64,000 nt of DNA from an uncultured delta proteobacterium (lineage in GTDB: Bacteria > Desulfobacterota > Binatia > JACPRU01), in contig CAVUWD010000006.1 of NCBI GenBank assembly GCA_963745025.1, forward strand, positions 512,001 to 576,000, given 5' to 3'. Made by a program: the position numbers and the translations under genes. Each line of letters starts with the position of its first letter. The first letter of the stretch is position 1. A model generated the notes under the pieces. It searched no databases and was not told the DNA's origin. It saw only the letters and a list, made by a program, of their open reading frames with translations. This document shows positions 30,227-40,909 of this stretch, in pieces.

Positions 30227-31207
30227 ATGAGCTCCAGCCCTCCCCGCACCATTGACGTCAACGGACGCCAGTTGCCGTTCGGCTTCATCGTGTTCGTGCT
30301 CGTGGGCATTTTCGTCATCGTGGTCGGGTGGGCGTCGGTCTACACGGTCGAGGCCGAAAGCGAGGGCGTGGTGCTGCGGTTCGGCAAGCTTCTGAAGACG
30401 GTGGAGCCGGGGCTACATTTCAAGCTGCCGCTCGGCATCGACCTGGTGACCGTGGTGCCCACGCGACGCCAGTTGAAGCTGGAGTTCGGCTTTTCCACCC
30501 CGGGTCTCACCAATCCCGACCAGGCCGGTGAGGAGCCGGAGCGGGAGAAGTCCATGGTCACCGGCGACCTGAACGTGGCGCTGGTGGAGTGGGTGGTGCA
30601 ATATCGCGTCGGCGATCCCAAGCAATATCTGTTCGATGTGCGTAGTCCCGGCCAGACATTGCGCGATCTGTCGGAAGCGGCAATGCGCGAGGTGGTCGGC
30701 GACCGCACGGTGGACGAGGTGATCACTGTCGGGCGGCAGGAGATCGAGGTATCCGCGCTCGCCCGGCTGCAGGAGTTGGTCAAGCTCTACCACTTGGGCA
30801 TTTTCGTGGATCAGGTGCAGCTCAAGAACGTCAACCCGCCCAAGCCGGTGCAGGCCTCCTTCAACGAAGTCAACAAGGCCCAGCAGGATCGCGAGAACGC
30901 GATCAACGTCGCCAACGGTGATTACAACAAGGTCGTGCCGAAGGCCAAAGGCGAGGCCGACCAGGCCATCAGCACCGCCGAGGGCTACAAGTTCAAGCGC
31001 GTCAACGAAGCCGAGGGCGACGTCGCCGCGTTCAACGCGGTGCTGGCGGAATACATCAAGTCACCCGAGATCACGCGCACGCGGATCTACCTCGAAACGA
31101 TGGCCGAGATTCTGCCGCAGGCCGGGCAGAAATTCATCGTGGACGAGTCGTTGCGCCAGCTCCTGCCGATCCTGCCGCTGTTGACGAAACCCGCGGAGGC
31201 GAAATGA
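30227..31207 (+). CDS. hflK: FtsH protease modulator HflK
   Basis: GVVLRFGK, PGLHFKLP, MVTGDLN, MREVVG, V.PP.PVQASFNEV, AEGD, RIYLE. Confidence 0.93.
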   Translation: MSSSPPRTIDVNGRQLPFGFIVFVLVGIFVIVVGWASVYTVEAESEGVVLRFGKLLKTVEPGLHFKLPLGIDLVTVVPTRRQLKLEFGFSTPGLTNPDQAGEEPEREKSMVTGDLNVALVEWVVQYRVGDPKQYLFDVRSPGQTLRDLSEAAMREVVGDRTVDEVITVGRQEIEVSALARLQELVKLYHLGIFVDQVQLKNVNPPKPVQASFNEVNKAQQDRENAINVANGDYNKVVPKAKGEADQAISTAEGYKFKRVNEAEGDVAAFNAVLAEYIKSPEITRTRIYLETMAEILPQAGQKFIVDESLRQLLPILPLLTKPAEAK

Positions 31208-32196
31208 GACGCGTCCCCTCCTTCGTCCTCGTCGTCCTAGCGATGGTGCTCTTCTTCCTGGCCGGCGCCTATTACACGGTTTCGGAAACCGAGCAGGTCA
31301 TCATCACCCAGTTCGGAAAGCCCGTCGGCGCGCCCATCACCGACCCGGGCCTGCATTTCAAGATGCCGATCATCCAGACCGTCAACCGGCTCGACAAGCG
31401 CTTCCTCGGATGGGACGGCGCGCCGGTGGGCATCCCGACCAAGGACAAGACCTACATCCACGTCGACACATTCGCGCGATGGCGGATCAAGGACCCGCTG
31501 CAATATTTTCTGCGGCTCCGCGACGAACGGAGCGCCCAGTCGCGCCTCGAGGACATCCTCGGCAGTGAGACGCGCAACGCCATCGCCAAGCACGAGTTGA
31601 TCGAGATCGTGCGCACCGACAAGGACCGCAAGCCGATGCTCGACTCGAGCTTCCAAACCGGGCCGACCGGTGTGGGCACGATCGGCGTGCTGCCGCCCAT
31701 CACCGTGGGCCGGCAAAAGGTCGAGACCGAGATCAAGACCGCCGCCGCCGGCAAGCTGGCCGAGTTCGGCATCGAGCTGCTGGACCTGCGCCTGAAGCGC
31801 GTGGATTACAACCCCGACGTGCTCGACCGCATCTACCAGCGCATGATCAGCGAGCGTCAGCAAATCGCCCAGCGGTTCCGCTCGGAAGGCGAGGGCGAGG
31901 CGGCCAAGATCGCCGGCAAGAAAGAACGCGACATGAACGAAATCCAGTCCGGCGCCTACCTCAAGGTGCAGACCATCCGCGGCGAGGCCGACGCCAAGGC
32001 CACCGAGATTTACGCCCGCGCCTACTCGCAAAGCCCGCAGGCCGCCGAGTTCTACGCCTTCATGAAAAGCATGGAAACTTACCGCAAGATCTTCGCGAAG
32101 GACTCCACGCTCGTGCTCTCCACCGACAGCGATCTGTTCGATCTGCTCAAGCGCGGCGCGGCGAAAGCGAAAAATCCTCCCCCGCCGGCAAAGTAA
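31204..32196 (+). CDS. hflC: FtsH protease modulator HflC
   Basis: IITQFGKPV, PGLHFK, PTKDK, WRI.DP, RMISER..IA..FRSEG.GEA, EFY.F. Confidence 0.93.
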   Translation: MRRVPSFVLVVLAMVLFFLAGAYYTVSETEQVIITQFGKPVGAPITDPGLHFKMPIIQTVNRLDKRFLGWDGAPVGIPTKDKTYIHVDTFARWRIKDPLQYFLRLRDERSAQSRLEDILGSETRNAIAKHELIEIVRTDKDRKPMLDSSFQTGPTGVGTIGVLPPITVGRQKVETEIKTAAAGKLAEFGIELLDLRLKRVDYNPDVLDRIYQRMISERQQIAQRFRSEGEGEAAKIAGKKERDMNEIQSGAYLKVQTIRGEADAKATEIYARAYSQSPQAAEFYAFMKSMETYRKIFAKDSTLVLSTDSDLFDLLKRGAAKAKNPPPPAK

Positions 32197-32573
32197 CCGG
32201 ACACTCTTGTCCGGCTGATGGTCAATCATTTGCGCCGCCCTGCCGATCGTGTCGCGCACGTCGACGATTTACCGGTCGAAGAGTTCGCGTTGATCTCGTG
32301 CTCGTCGCGATCTTCTGGGTGGTGTTGCGGATCGCCTGGCCCAGCTCCTCGACCGTCGTGTCGATCCAGAACTCGCGACGCCGTCGTAGGCGGCGCCTCG
32401 TTCCGCGACTAGCCGCGCGTGTCGAGCGGAAGCCTTGACGAGCGGCGCAGGACTTCCGTCCAGTGGTGGATCGCTTCTTCGTGGGTGATATCGGGCCGGC
32501 GCGTCCAAAGCTCGAAGAGCTTGATAATGAATTCGTTCCTCCGTTCGCGTGGGTACGTCCGTTGCGAAGAGTG

Positions 32574-33135
32574 CTACGGTTGCTTGGCTAAACGCAGGAT
32601 CTGCGCCACACACTCCCTCTCGATCCCCACGAGATAAGCATGCCGTGGCCGACCCCTGGCGAGCAGAATCATGAGGCCCTCGATCTGAGTCGCGGCGAGC
32701 GCGGCGCGAGTGGTGCGCCGCTTCGGGTCGAGCTTCGGATTGATCGCGGCGATCATGTGATCGAAGTTCGTCACGTACCGATGGTAGAACTGATCGACCA
32801 TCGTCATCGCAAATCGATCCCGCTGGCCGATCGACCAGAGCTCGAAGAAGATCGCGTTGGTCATCGGGTCCTTGAGGTCTTCGATGAGGAACCGGACGAA
32901 TCCCTCGAGCCGTTTTTCCGGAGTCTCGCTCGCCGTAGTCGGCGACGATTCCGGGCGGCTCGTAGCTTTCGATGATGAATCGGATCAACGCCTCGAACAG
33001 CTGCTCTTTTCGCGCGAAATAGTATTGCAGGTGCCCCTGGCTCATCCTCATGCGTCGCGCCAATGTCCGGACGCTGAAGCCGGCATACCCTTCTTGCGAA
33101 AAGAGTAAGCGAGCCTCCTCCAGGATCTGGAGCAT
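32574..33135 (-). pseudogene. TetR-family regulator split by a frameshift near 32930
   Basis: ILEEA..LF..EGY..FSVR.LA..SQGHLQYYF..KEQL; C-terminal half in ORF 32574-32864; divergent from monooxygenase. Confidence 0.75.
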
Positions 33136-33348
33136 CCGCTCCTCACGCTTGCCCGGCGTGGTGCGCGGGCAGCTCCGTCGCAGCTCGACGCGATGGACTA
33201 CCGCGAGGAAGGCATCCTGAGGCGCCTGCGCGGGCGATCTAGAACCACCACGTGGCCGCCGAGCTCGCTCGTGCAGAGATGATCTTGCGAACTTGAAACA
33301 CTTGATTCGGCTTCACCCTTGGCGTTTGTATTGCGACCGGGTCGCGGA

Positions 33349-34842
33349 ATGTCGATCGAACACTTTGACGTGCTGATGGTGGGTGCCGGTCTTTCCGGAA
33401 TCGGCGCCGGCTACCACCTTCAGACCGACTGCCCGAACAAGTCGTACGCGATCCTCGAGGCGCGCGAATCCATGGGCGGAACCTGGGATCTCTTCCGCTA
33501 CCCGGGCGTACGCTCCGACTCCGACATGTACACCCTCGGCTATTCGTTTCGCCCCTGGAAGGACGCCAAGGCGATCGCAGACGGACCGTCGATTCTGAGC
33601 TACATCCGGCAAACCGCGAAGGACTACGGCATCGACCAGAAGATCCGATTTGGACATCGGGTGAAGCGCGCAAGTTGGTCCTCCGCCGACGCCAGGTGGA
33701 CTGTGGAAGCGGAGCGCGGGGCCTCGAAGGAGACGGCGCACCTGACCTGCAACTTTCTGTTCCTGTGCAGCGGCTACTACAACTACACCGAAGGCTACAC
33801 GCCGGAGCTCGCGGGCAGGGAACGCTACACGGGTCGTATCGTGCACCCGCAGAAGTGGACCGAAGACGTCGAGTACGCCGGCAAGCGTGTCGTGGTGATC
33901 GGCAGCGGCGCAACCGCGGTGACGCTGGTACCGGCGCTGGCAAAGACGGCGGCGCACGTCACGATGCTGCAACGCTCCCCGAGCTACATCCTCTCCCTGC
34001 CCGAGCGGGATCCGATCGCCAACGCCCTACGGCGCTTCTTGCCGGCGAGCGTGGCCTACGGGATCACGCGTTGGAAGAACGTGTTGCTCGGCATGTTGAT
34101 CTTCACGCTGTCCAGGCATGCTCCGGAGCTGGTCAAGAAGCTGATCCGCGGAGGCGTGAAGTCGCAGCTCGGGCCCGATTACGACGTCGACACGCATTTC
34201 AAGCCGCGTTACAACCCATGGGACCAACGTCTGTGCCTCGTGCCCGATGCCGATCTGTTCAAGGCGATCCGCGAGGGACGCGCTTCGGTGGTCACCGATC
34301 ACATCGAGACCTTCACCGAGAAGGGCCTCAGGCTTCGGTCCGGCGCGGAGTTGGAGGCGGATTTGATCGTCACGGCGACCGGCCTCGACCTATTGGCGTT
34401 GGGGGGCATTCAGCTGGTCGTCGACGGCCGAATGGTCGAGGTCGCCAAGACTATGAGCTACAAGGGGATGATGCTGAGCGGTGTGCCCAATCTAGCGGTA
34501 GCGCTCGGTTACACGAATGCCTCGTGGACGCTCAAATGCGACCTCACCTGCGGCTACGTTTGCAGGCTGATCAACTTCATGGAGAAGCAGGGTTACCGGC
34601 AGTGCACTGCGCAAAACCGTGATCCGAGCATCCGAGAGGTGCCGTTCATCGATTTCTCCTCGGGATACGTGCAGCGCTCCATCCACAAGTTCCCCAAGCA
34701 GGGGTCGAAGGCGCCGTGGAGGCTCTACCAGAACTATGCGCTCGACATCGTCGCGTTGAGGTTCGGCGCGCTGGAGGACGGCGCGATGGTCTTTTCCAGC
34801 CCGACACCTGCGATCGAAGCCGACGCGCGGGCGGCTGGTTGA
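33349..34842 (+). CDS. flavin-containing monooxygenase (EthA/AlmA-like BVMO)
   Basis: GAGLSGIG, GGTWDLFRYPGVRSDSD, VHPQKW, IGSGATA, PWDQRLC, GYTNASWTL. Confidence 0.93.
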   Translation: MSIEHFDVLMVGAGLSGIGAGYHLQTDCPNKSYAILEARESMGGTWDLFRYPGVRSDSDMYTLGYSFRPWKDAKAIADGPSILSYIRQTAKDYGIDQKIRFGHRVKRASWSSADARWTVEAERGASKETAHLTCNFLFLCSGYYNYTEGYTPELAGRERYTGRIVHPQKWTEDVEYAGKRVVVIGSGATAVTLVPALAKTAAHVTMLQRSPSYILSLPERDPIANALRRFLPASVAYGITRWKNVLLGMLIFTLSRHAPELVKKLIRGGVKSQLGPDYDVDTHFKPRYNPWDQRLCLVPDADLFKAIREGRASVVTDHIETFTEKGLRLRSGAELEADLIVTATGLDLLALGGIQLVVDGRMVEVAKTMSYKGMMLSGVPNLAVALGYTNASWTLKCDLTCGYVCRLINFMEKQGYRQCTAQNRDPSIREVPFIDFSSGYVQRSIHKFPKQGSKAPWRLYQNYALDIVALRFGALEDGAMVFSSPTPAIEADARAAG

Positions 34843-34882
34843 TGCATTGCGGGAGCCGGCTTCCACCGGCCACGAACAAGCT

Positions 34883-35100
34883 TTAGGGCCTGGTGGGCGG
34901 CGCGGCCAACTCGGCGCGAAGCTCGATGAGCTCGCGATCGCCCGGGGTGCGCACAAGCGTGGAATCGATCACCGCGAGAGGTTCTTGGCTCTTTCCGGTG
35001 CTGTGCAGGGCCACTGCGTAAACGTAGCCGAAGTGCAGGTCTTCCGGCGCAAGCCGGGCGGCGCTCTTCAGCTTGGCGAGCGCCGCCGGCATGTCCTTTG
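34883..35100 (-). pseudogene. TPR protein C-terminal remnant
   Basis: ALAKLKSAARLAPED..FGYVYAVALHSTG; no credible upstream gene. Confidence 0.55.
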
Positions 35101-35222
35101 GACACGTTGCGGGGTTAGATTCGTGCCTCGATCCGGCCTCCCCATGGACCACCGCTGGAAATGCAGATAGCGACCCTACTTCATGGGGAGGGAACCCCCA
35201 GGGGGAAAAGGGAGGTCGACAA

Positions 35223-35738
35223 ATGAACAGGATCCAGATTCGGCAGATGGTGCACGCGAACATCTGCGTCCGCGACATGGAACGAAGCGTGCCGTTCTAC
35301 GAGATGCTCGGATTCGAGAAGTTCGCGGATCAAATCTTCGGCGAGGGCGCGGGAGTATGGCGCGGTCTCGGCCTGGAAGGCGGCCGCCGCTTTCGGGCCG
35401 TGTTCATGAAGATTCCCGGCGACCATGCGGTGCCCTTCCTCGACATCATCCAGTTCGTCGATCCCCCCACCGCGGGCGAGCCCTATCCCACGCTCCACAA
35501 CGCCGGGATCGCTCGCCTGTGCTTCGAAGTCGACGACGTCCATGCGGCGGCGGCGCACCTGAAAGCCAACGGGGTGGAGTTCGTCGGCCCCGTCTCTCCT
35601 TACGAGACGGCGAAAGGAGTCCGCCCGGACGGCGTGGACGCCCAGTTCGTCTGCTTCAGGGACCCCGACGGGACGATCCTCGAGTACGCGCAGTTCGCTG
35701 GAACCGCCCGCGACGTGCTGAACTCGTCGACTCGGTAG
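35223..35738 (+). CDS. VOC/glyoxalase family protein
   Basis: HANICVRDMERS..FY, GIARLCFEVDD, FRDPDG..LE; GGAGG RBS. Confidence 0.88.
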   Translation: MNRIQIRQMVHANICVRDMERSVPFYEMLGFEKFADQIFGEGAGVWRGLGLEGGRRFRAVFMKIPGDHAVPFLDIIQFVDPPTAGEPYPTLHNAGIARLCFEVDDVHAAAAHLKANGVEFVGPVSPYETAKGVRPDGVDAQFVCFRDPDGTILEYAQFAGTARDVLNSSTR

Positions 35739-36209
35739 ATCGGTAAGGGGAATCGTACAGGAAGCGAGGAGCCGCGCCGCCTTGATCGGCGACTTCGAGA
35801 CGCCCGTCCGATCGCAGAGTAAGGAGAGGTCACAACACGGGGGCGCCGAGTCCGGTCGAGCGACGGATCGGCTGGGGACGAAGCCGTGGTCGATCGATCC
35901 CGATCGTCAGGAGATCGCCATCGCCGCGCCGAGATCGAGGCCAGCGCGGTCCGCTTCGCCGCGGGAAGCATCAGCCTGTTTCTGGCCAGCAGTCGGGACG
36001 CCGGCGAGCTCGAAGGTGCCGAGGACGTTGCTCGAGCCCCCCCTGCCCCGGAAAAAGGCGCAACCCCGCCATCGGGCTGTCTAGTCACCGGCGCATCGAG
36101 GGGCAGGCACACATTGGGCGCTTTCTTGCGCCTGCGAAAATTCGGCGCGACACTGGAATCGAAGACGTCTCGACACGCGCAGCGCGCGTCGGCATCTTCA
36201 GGCGGGACG

Positions 36210-37451
36210 ATGGGAAGGCGCACTCACGTTTTGGGGGTCGTGCTGGCGGGCGGTGAAGGGCGGCGCCTTTGGCCGCTCACGCGTGATCGCGCAAAACCTG
36301 CGGTCCCGTTCGGGGCGAACTATCGTTTGGTCGATTTCGCCCTCTCGAACTTGGTGAACGCGAGCTACCTGCGCATCGCTGTACTGACTCAGTACAAGAG
36401 CCACAGCCTCGATCGCCACATCGCCCAGACCTGGCGCATGGCGCCCTTGTTCGGCAACTACGTGATGAGCGTTCCGGCCCAGATGCGCGTGGCGAAACGT
36501 TGGTTCGAGGGCTCCGCGGACGCCATCTACCAGAACCTGAACCTGATCCGCGACGAGGACCCGGACTACATCTGCGTGTTCGGCGCCGATCACATCTATC
36601 GCATGGACCCCGAGCAGATGGTGCAGGCGCACATCGCGTCGGGGGCGGGCGTGACCGTGGCGGGCATCCGCGTACCGCGCTCGGAGGCGGACCGCTTCGG
36701 CGTGATCGAGCCGGACGCCAACGGCCGCATCCGCCGGTTCCGTGAGAAGCCCTTTGACGCCGTGGGCCTGCCCGACGCTCCGGATCAGGTCCTGGCCTCG
36801 ATGGGCAACTACGTCTTCAGCCGCCGGACGCTCGAGCTGGCGGTGAGCGAGGACGCGAAGAAAGACGACAGCCGACACGACATGGGCGGAGACATCGTCA
36901 CCGGCTTGGTCGAGGGCGGTGACGCGGCCGTGTACGACTTCGCGAACAACCTGATACCCGGCAGCGACGAGCGTGACCGCGGCTACTGGCGAGACGTCGG
37001 GACGTTGGACAGCTACTACGAAGCCCACCGCGACCTGATCAGCGTGCACCCCGTGTTCAACCTGTACAACGAGGACTGGCCGATCCACACCTGGTACGGC
37101 TCACTGCCGCCCGCGAAGTTCGTGTTCGACGAGGACGGGCGACGCGGCTTGGCCACGGATTCGATCGTGAGCGCGGGCGTGATCGTCGCCGGCGGCACCG
37201 TGCGCCGCAGCGTGCTCTCCCCCGGCGTGCGGGTGGACTCGGGCGCGGTGGTCGAGGACAGCGTGCTGATGCAGGACGTGCACATCAGCCCCGGCGCCGT
37301 CGTACGGCGCGCAATCCTCGACAAGAACGTGCGCGTTCCGCCCGGGGTTCGCATTGGCGTGGACGTGGAAGAGGATCGCGCCCGCGGCTTCACCATGAGC
37401 GACAACGGCATCGTCGTCTTGGGCAAGGGCGACGAAGTGAAAAGCCCGTGA
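36210..37451 (+). CDS. glgC: glucose-1-phosphate adenylyltransferase
   Basis: [59 protein letters not shown]. Confidence 0.96.
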   Translation: MGRRTHVLGVVLAGGEGRRLWPLTRDRAKPAVPFGANYRLVDFALSNLVNASYLRIAVLTQYKSHSLDRHIAQTWRMAPLFGNYVMSVPAQMRVAKRWFEGSADAIYQNLNLIRDEDPDYICVFGADHIYRMDPEQMVQAHIASGAGVTVAGIRVPRSEADRFGVIEPDANGRIRRFREKPFDAVGLPDAPDQVLASMGNYVFSRRTLELAVSEDAKKDDSRHDMGGDIVTGLVEGGDAAVYDFANNLIPGSDERDRGYWRDVGTLDSYYEAHRDLISVHPVFNLYNEDWPIHTWYGSLPPAKFVFDEDGRRGLATDSIVSAGVIVAGGTVRRSVLSPGVRVDSGAVVEDSVLMQDVHISPGAVVRRAILDKNVRVPPGVRIGVDVEEDRARGFTMSDNGIVVLGKGDEVKSP

Positions 37452-37489
37452 GCTCCCCTCGCTTGAAGAATAGGAGATGGAGGTCAGCC

Positions 37490-37552
37490 ATGGAGAGTAT
37501 AGGCATCGACGTGCACAAGGTGAATGGCCAGATCTGCGTTGTCGGGGAGAAC
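37490..37552 (+). mobile_element. IS110-family transposase 5' stub
   Basis: GGAGG RBS then MESIGIDVHK...QICV, the IS110 DEDD N-terminal motif; only about 20 codons remain. Confidence 0.65.
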
Positions 37553-37595
37553 GCAGCCCGTGATCCTGCCGCCCGCTTCGGAACACGACGTTTGA

Positions 37596-38477
37596 CTATT
37601 GCCCGTCCAGGAACGCGGTCAGCTCCTTGTTGTAGAGCTCCGGGTTCTGCCAGTGGCCGAAGTGACTGACGCCCGGAATGATCAGCAGCTTTGCGCCAGG
37701 AATGAGCCGCGCGATCTCTTCGGTGTGCTCACGCTTGATCGCTTCGTCATATTCGCCGTCCACGATCATGGTCGGCGTCATGATCATCGCGAGCTGCTCG
37801 GGCTTGTAGGCCGGCTGCGTGTTCCACATCTGGCTGATCGCGGCGACGAAGGCGTCGTACTCCTTGGGAGTCGGCGACAATCTTTCATATTGCTTGCCCT
37901 GCAGCGCGATCCAGGCGCTGAAGACCGGGTCCTTGTCGAAACCGTCCTTCAACCCTGCGACATGGGTGTTGGCCCCGTACGCCCACAATTTGCTTAAGCG
38001 CTGCGCATAGCGCATGGCCATGTCGAGGCCGATGATGCCGCCGTCGCTCCAGCCGACGAGCGCAACTTTATCGATCCTGAGATGATCGAGCAGGCCGACA
38101 TAGTCATCCGCCATCAGCTGGTAGCTGAACGGTTTGTTCGAGCGCGTGCTGCGGCCGTGCCCACGGCTTTCGGCGACGATCACCTCATGGTTCCGCGCCA
38201 GCACGGGAACCTGGTTGCCCCAGGTCTCGGCATTGGAGAGGCCGCCATGGATCAGCAGCACCGGGTCGCCGCCGCCCTTGTTGAAGATCGCGTAAAACAT
38301 CTGGATGTCGTCGGTCGGCGCCAGACCGCTTTCGTCGGCCGTTGGCAGGGCGGCTGGCGGGGGCAGGGTGCGCCAGACCGGCAGGTCCGCCTGCCGCGCA
38401 ACGAAAATCGCGACCAGCGCTACGGCCACGGCGCCAATCGCGGTCGAACCGATGACCCAGTGCTTTCTCGCTGTCAT
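37596..38477 (-). CDS. alpha/beta hydrolase with N-terminal membrane/signal segment
   Basis: HGG, SRGHGRS, GWSDG nucleophile elbow, GEYDEAI, SH. Confidence 0.9.
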   Translation of the reverse strand: MTARKHWVIGSTAIGAVAVALVAIFVARQADLPVWRTLPPPAALPTADESGLAPTDDIQMFYAIFNKGGGDPVLLIHGGLSNAETWGNQVPVLARNHEVIVAESRGHGRSTRSNKPFSYQLMADDYVGLLDHLRIDKVALVGWSDGGIIGLDMAMRYAQRLSKLWAYGANTHVAGLKDGFDKDPVFSAWIALQGKQYERLSPTPKEYDAFVAAISQMWNTQPAYKPEQLAMIMTPTMIVDGEYDEAIKREHTEEIARLIPGAKLLIIPGVSHFGHWQNPELYNKELTAFLDGQ

Positions 38478-38672
38478 GGCCACGGCGAAGCTCCTTCTCG
38501 CCGCTTGTGTCGGCACAGCATCAGCAACTTCGGCCAGTATATTCCCTTCCTGAACGGGAGAGGAGCTCGCGATGAGCAGCGAGGATGAGCGTCCGACATC
38601 GATCGTCATGTAGCCTTCGGGCCCTTGCAGCCGCCATCCTCCCGCCCGGGACGGCGATCACTCCCCAGAAAG

Positions 38673-39266
38673 CTACTTGAGCAAGCTCTCCGCCTCGTAC
38701 CGGCTCGGGCATTTCGGACAGCTCACCGTGTTTCGCCACCAGTCGGGCTCGTGACCCCCGTAGTGCTCGACCACCTTCGCGTCGAGCTCGTCGAACGCCT
38801 TCCAGCGATCGACCATCGCGGCGAGGGCCTTGCGCTCCTCGGTCTTCAGGTCCTTCAGCGTTTCGGTCTTCCGGCTCTGGAAGTTGGCGAGGTCCGTCAT
38901 GTCCTGTTGGGTGGCGAGAAAATTCGGATCGCCTTGCGGCTCGATACTCCGTATCTTTTCGATCTTGTCGCGAACTTCCTCTAGATGAGCGGCGTCCTGG
39001 TTGAGCGCGCGCTCGATCTCGGTCCGTGCCCGGCTCGCGCCGACGGAAAATCCATCGTCGGCCCGTTCGTGCGCCGCGTCGAGCCCCTCCGCGGGGGTCC
39101 GTACCGGTTCGTCGGCTGGAGCATGATATTCACTCTTCACCTTGCACCCGGGTGGCGCACTGTCCCCGGCGTAGGTCTTTCCGTCGGGCATCGTGCAGAT
39201 CACCAAGGCCCGCGCGGTTCCCGAAAGAACGAGGACGGCGACTGCGATCACGGCGACCCTTCTCAC
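38673..39266 (-). CDS. secreted hypothetical protein (DUF4124-like N-terminus)
   Basis: Signal peptide, C..PDGKTY.GD..PPGC, coiled-coil, C-terminal CxxC. Confidence 0.65.
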   Translation of the reverse strand: MRRVAVIAVAVLVLSGTARALVICTMPDGKTYAGDSAPPGCKVKSEYHAPADEPVRTPAEGLDAAHERADDGFSVGASRARTEIERALNQDAAHLEEVRDKIEKIRSIEPQGDPNFLATQQDMTDLANFQSRKTETLKDLKTEERKALAAMVDRWKAFDELDAKVVEHYGGHEPDWWRNTVSCPKCPSRYEAESLLK

Positions 39267-39517
39267 GACCGGCCACCTGCCTGCTGAGCGCGGATCCTGT
39301 CGACCGCGTCCTTCGCGGTCTTGAGATCGGTCCCGTGGAGCGTACGGTGTAGCTTGATCGCGTCGATGGCGCGGCCGCTCGCGACAAGCCCTTCGACGTC
39401 TGCGTCACTCACCGGCGTGGGCGGCGGAGACGCATCCCGTTCAGAGCCCTTCTGGCGCCAGGCCACGATGACGATCAGTGCCACGATCGCCGCCGCGGCA
39501 ATTTCCCCGGTCAGCAT
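39263..39517 (-). CDS. small membrane protein with L7/L12-like C-terminal domain
   Basis: TM helix then G..IDAIK.HR..HG.DLK.AKDAVD. Confidence 0.7.
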   Translation of the reverse strand: MLTGEIAAAAIVALIVIVAWRQKGSERDASPPPTPVSDADVEGLVASGRAIDAIKLHRTLHGTDLKTAKDAVDRIRAQQAGGRS

Positions 39518-39729
39518 CACGAGGGTGCATCGCGCGGCGGAGCCGCGCAGTGCGCACAGACGCAGGCCACGCCGCGCGCTTCGGGCGGCATGCGTTGCAG
39601 CGCTTCGGGCGAGATCGTCGCCTCGAAGCACCAACATCGCGCGGCGCTCGGATCCGCAGCCATGGCACAAGCGTTTTCCGCGCCGCAGAGCGGACAGCGG
39701 GCGGGATCAACCGTCTGGCCTGGCTCCAT
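39517..39729 (-). CDS. cysteine-rich CWC family protein
   Basis: CPLCG..N.C...CWC...ACVC..C. Confidence 0.85.
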   Translation of the reverse strand: MEPGQTVDPARCPLCGAENACAMAADPSAARCWCFEATISPEALQRMPPEARGVACVCAHCAAPPRDAPS

Positions 39730-40040
39730 GGTCACTGGGGCGCGGGGCCATTGCCGGAGTCGGCGGCGAGCGCAGCCGGGTGAGCGGCATCCATGCGTCT
39801 CGAGCCGTAGCACGCGCGTCGGTCGCGACGCAAAGCCGAACTCTACGGATGTATACGGTCAGCGAATCTGAGCGGGGTTGGTTGCGGCCGAAGGTCCGCG
39901 TTAGTCGTTATAGGCGGCTGAGTCGCGCCGGACCGGGAGAGGTGCACGGCACCCGGCCCTCGGTGAGCGGCTCGTAAACATCGCCTGCTTCATTGAACCG
40001 GTCTCGTGGCATGCGCGGCGCGCACCGGCAGCTGTGCTCC

Positions 40041-40511
40041 TCAACCTCCGTACTGACCGCCGAAGTGATCGTACGGATCGGTCCCCTCGGCCAGCGCCCG
40101 GTTATATCGGAACTCGTCGATGTAGTGCTCGAAACCGTCGACGAGATACTCGAGAAAGTCGCGGGTCGAGAGAATCCCAACGGGCTTCCCGCCACGCACT
40201 ACCGGAACATGCCGGAACCGTTTTTCCCGGAACAGGGCGAGGACGTCCTTCAACGGAGCCTCGACATCGATTGTCACCACGGCTTGCGTGGCGACCTCGC
40301 GCACCCGCGTCGCCTTTGGGTCGCGCCCCGCCGCCGCCACCCGCACGAGGAGGTCGCGCTCGGAAAAAACGCCGCTGATTCGGTTGTCCTCCGTGATGAC
40401 GAGCACAGCGCCAATCTTGTTGGCGCTCATGCGACTTGCGACCGCCGCGACAGTCTCCTCCGGCGTGGCCGTGATCATGTCCGTTGCCATCAGTGTCGCG
40501 ATGCCTGCCAT
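40041..40511 (-). CDS. CBS domain pair protein
   Basis: M...IGAVLV...GVFSERDL, FRHVPVV..GKPVGILSTRD. Confidence 0.88.
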   Translation of the reverse strand: MAGIATLMATDMITATPEETVAAVASRMSANKIGAVLVITEDNRISGVFSERDLLVRVAAAGRDPKATRVREVATQAVVTIDVEAPLKDVLALFREKRFRHVPVVRGGKPVGILSTRDFLEYLVDGFEHYIDEFRYNRALAEGTDPYDHFGGQYGG

Positions 40512-40909
40512 TGTCTCACCCCTTTTCCATCTCGGCCGAGAGCATTCGCCTCCCGGGCAAGGTGTATGAACACGCAAACCCTTGCCAGCGGAAATGACGC
40601 TCCAAGAACAGCCGCGCTGGCCCTTTCCGGCAGCGGCGTTCCCCCGACTGCAAAAACCAGCCCAGCGATGATCATGCCACGGCACGCCCGTCGCTGCGAG
40701 CCGAGCTGGCAGGAAATTTAGGTTTAGGGAGAGAGGTCACCTTGGCGAGCGACGGTCTTTCCTCCACATTACGGGGCACCTTCACGCTCGCCGCTGCGGC
40801 CTTCGGAGCAGGGTTGAAGCGGGGTTGAGCCCGCCCCGGACCTCTGATCACCTGGCTCACCAGAGATGTCCTCCCGTGAGCCCTCGGCTACGCTGGAGAC
40901 GGGACCCCC

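Noticed and set aside
39893-39918. GGTCCGCGTTA-GTCG-TTATAGG and 44879-44906 as further dif-like sites
   Set aside because: Wrong spacer length or poor arm match; cannot be distinguished from chance by eye.
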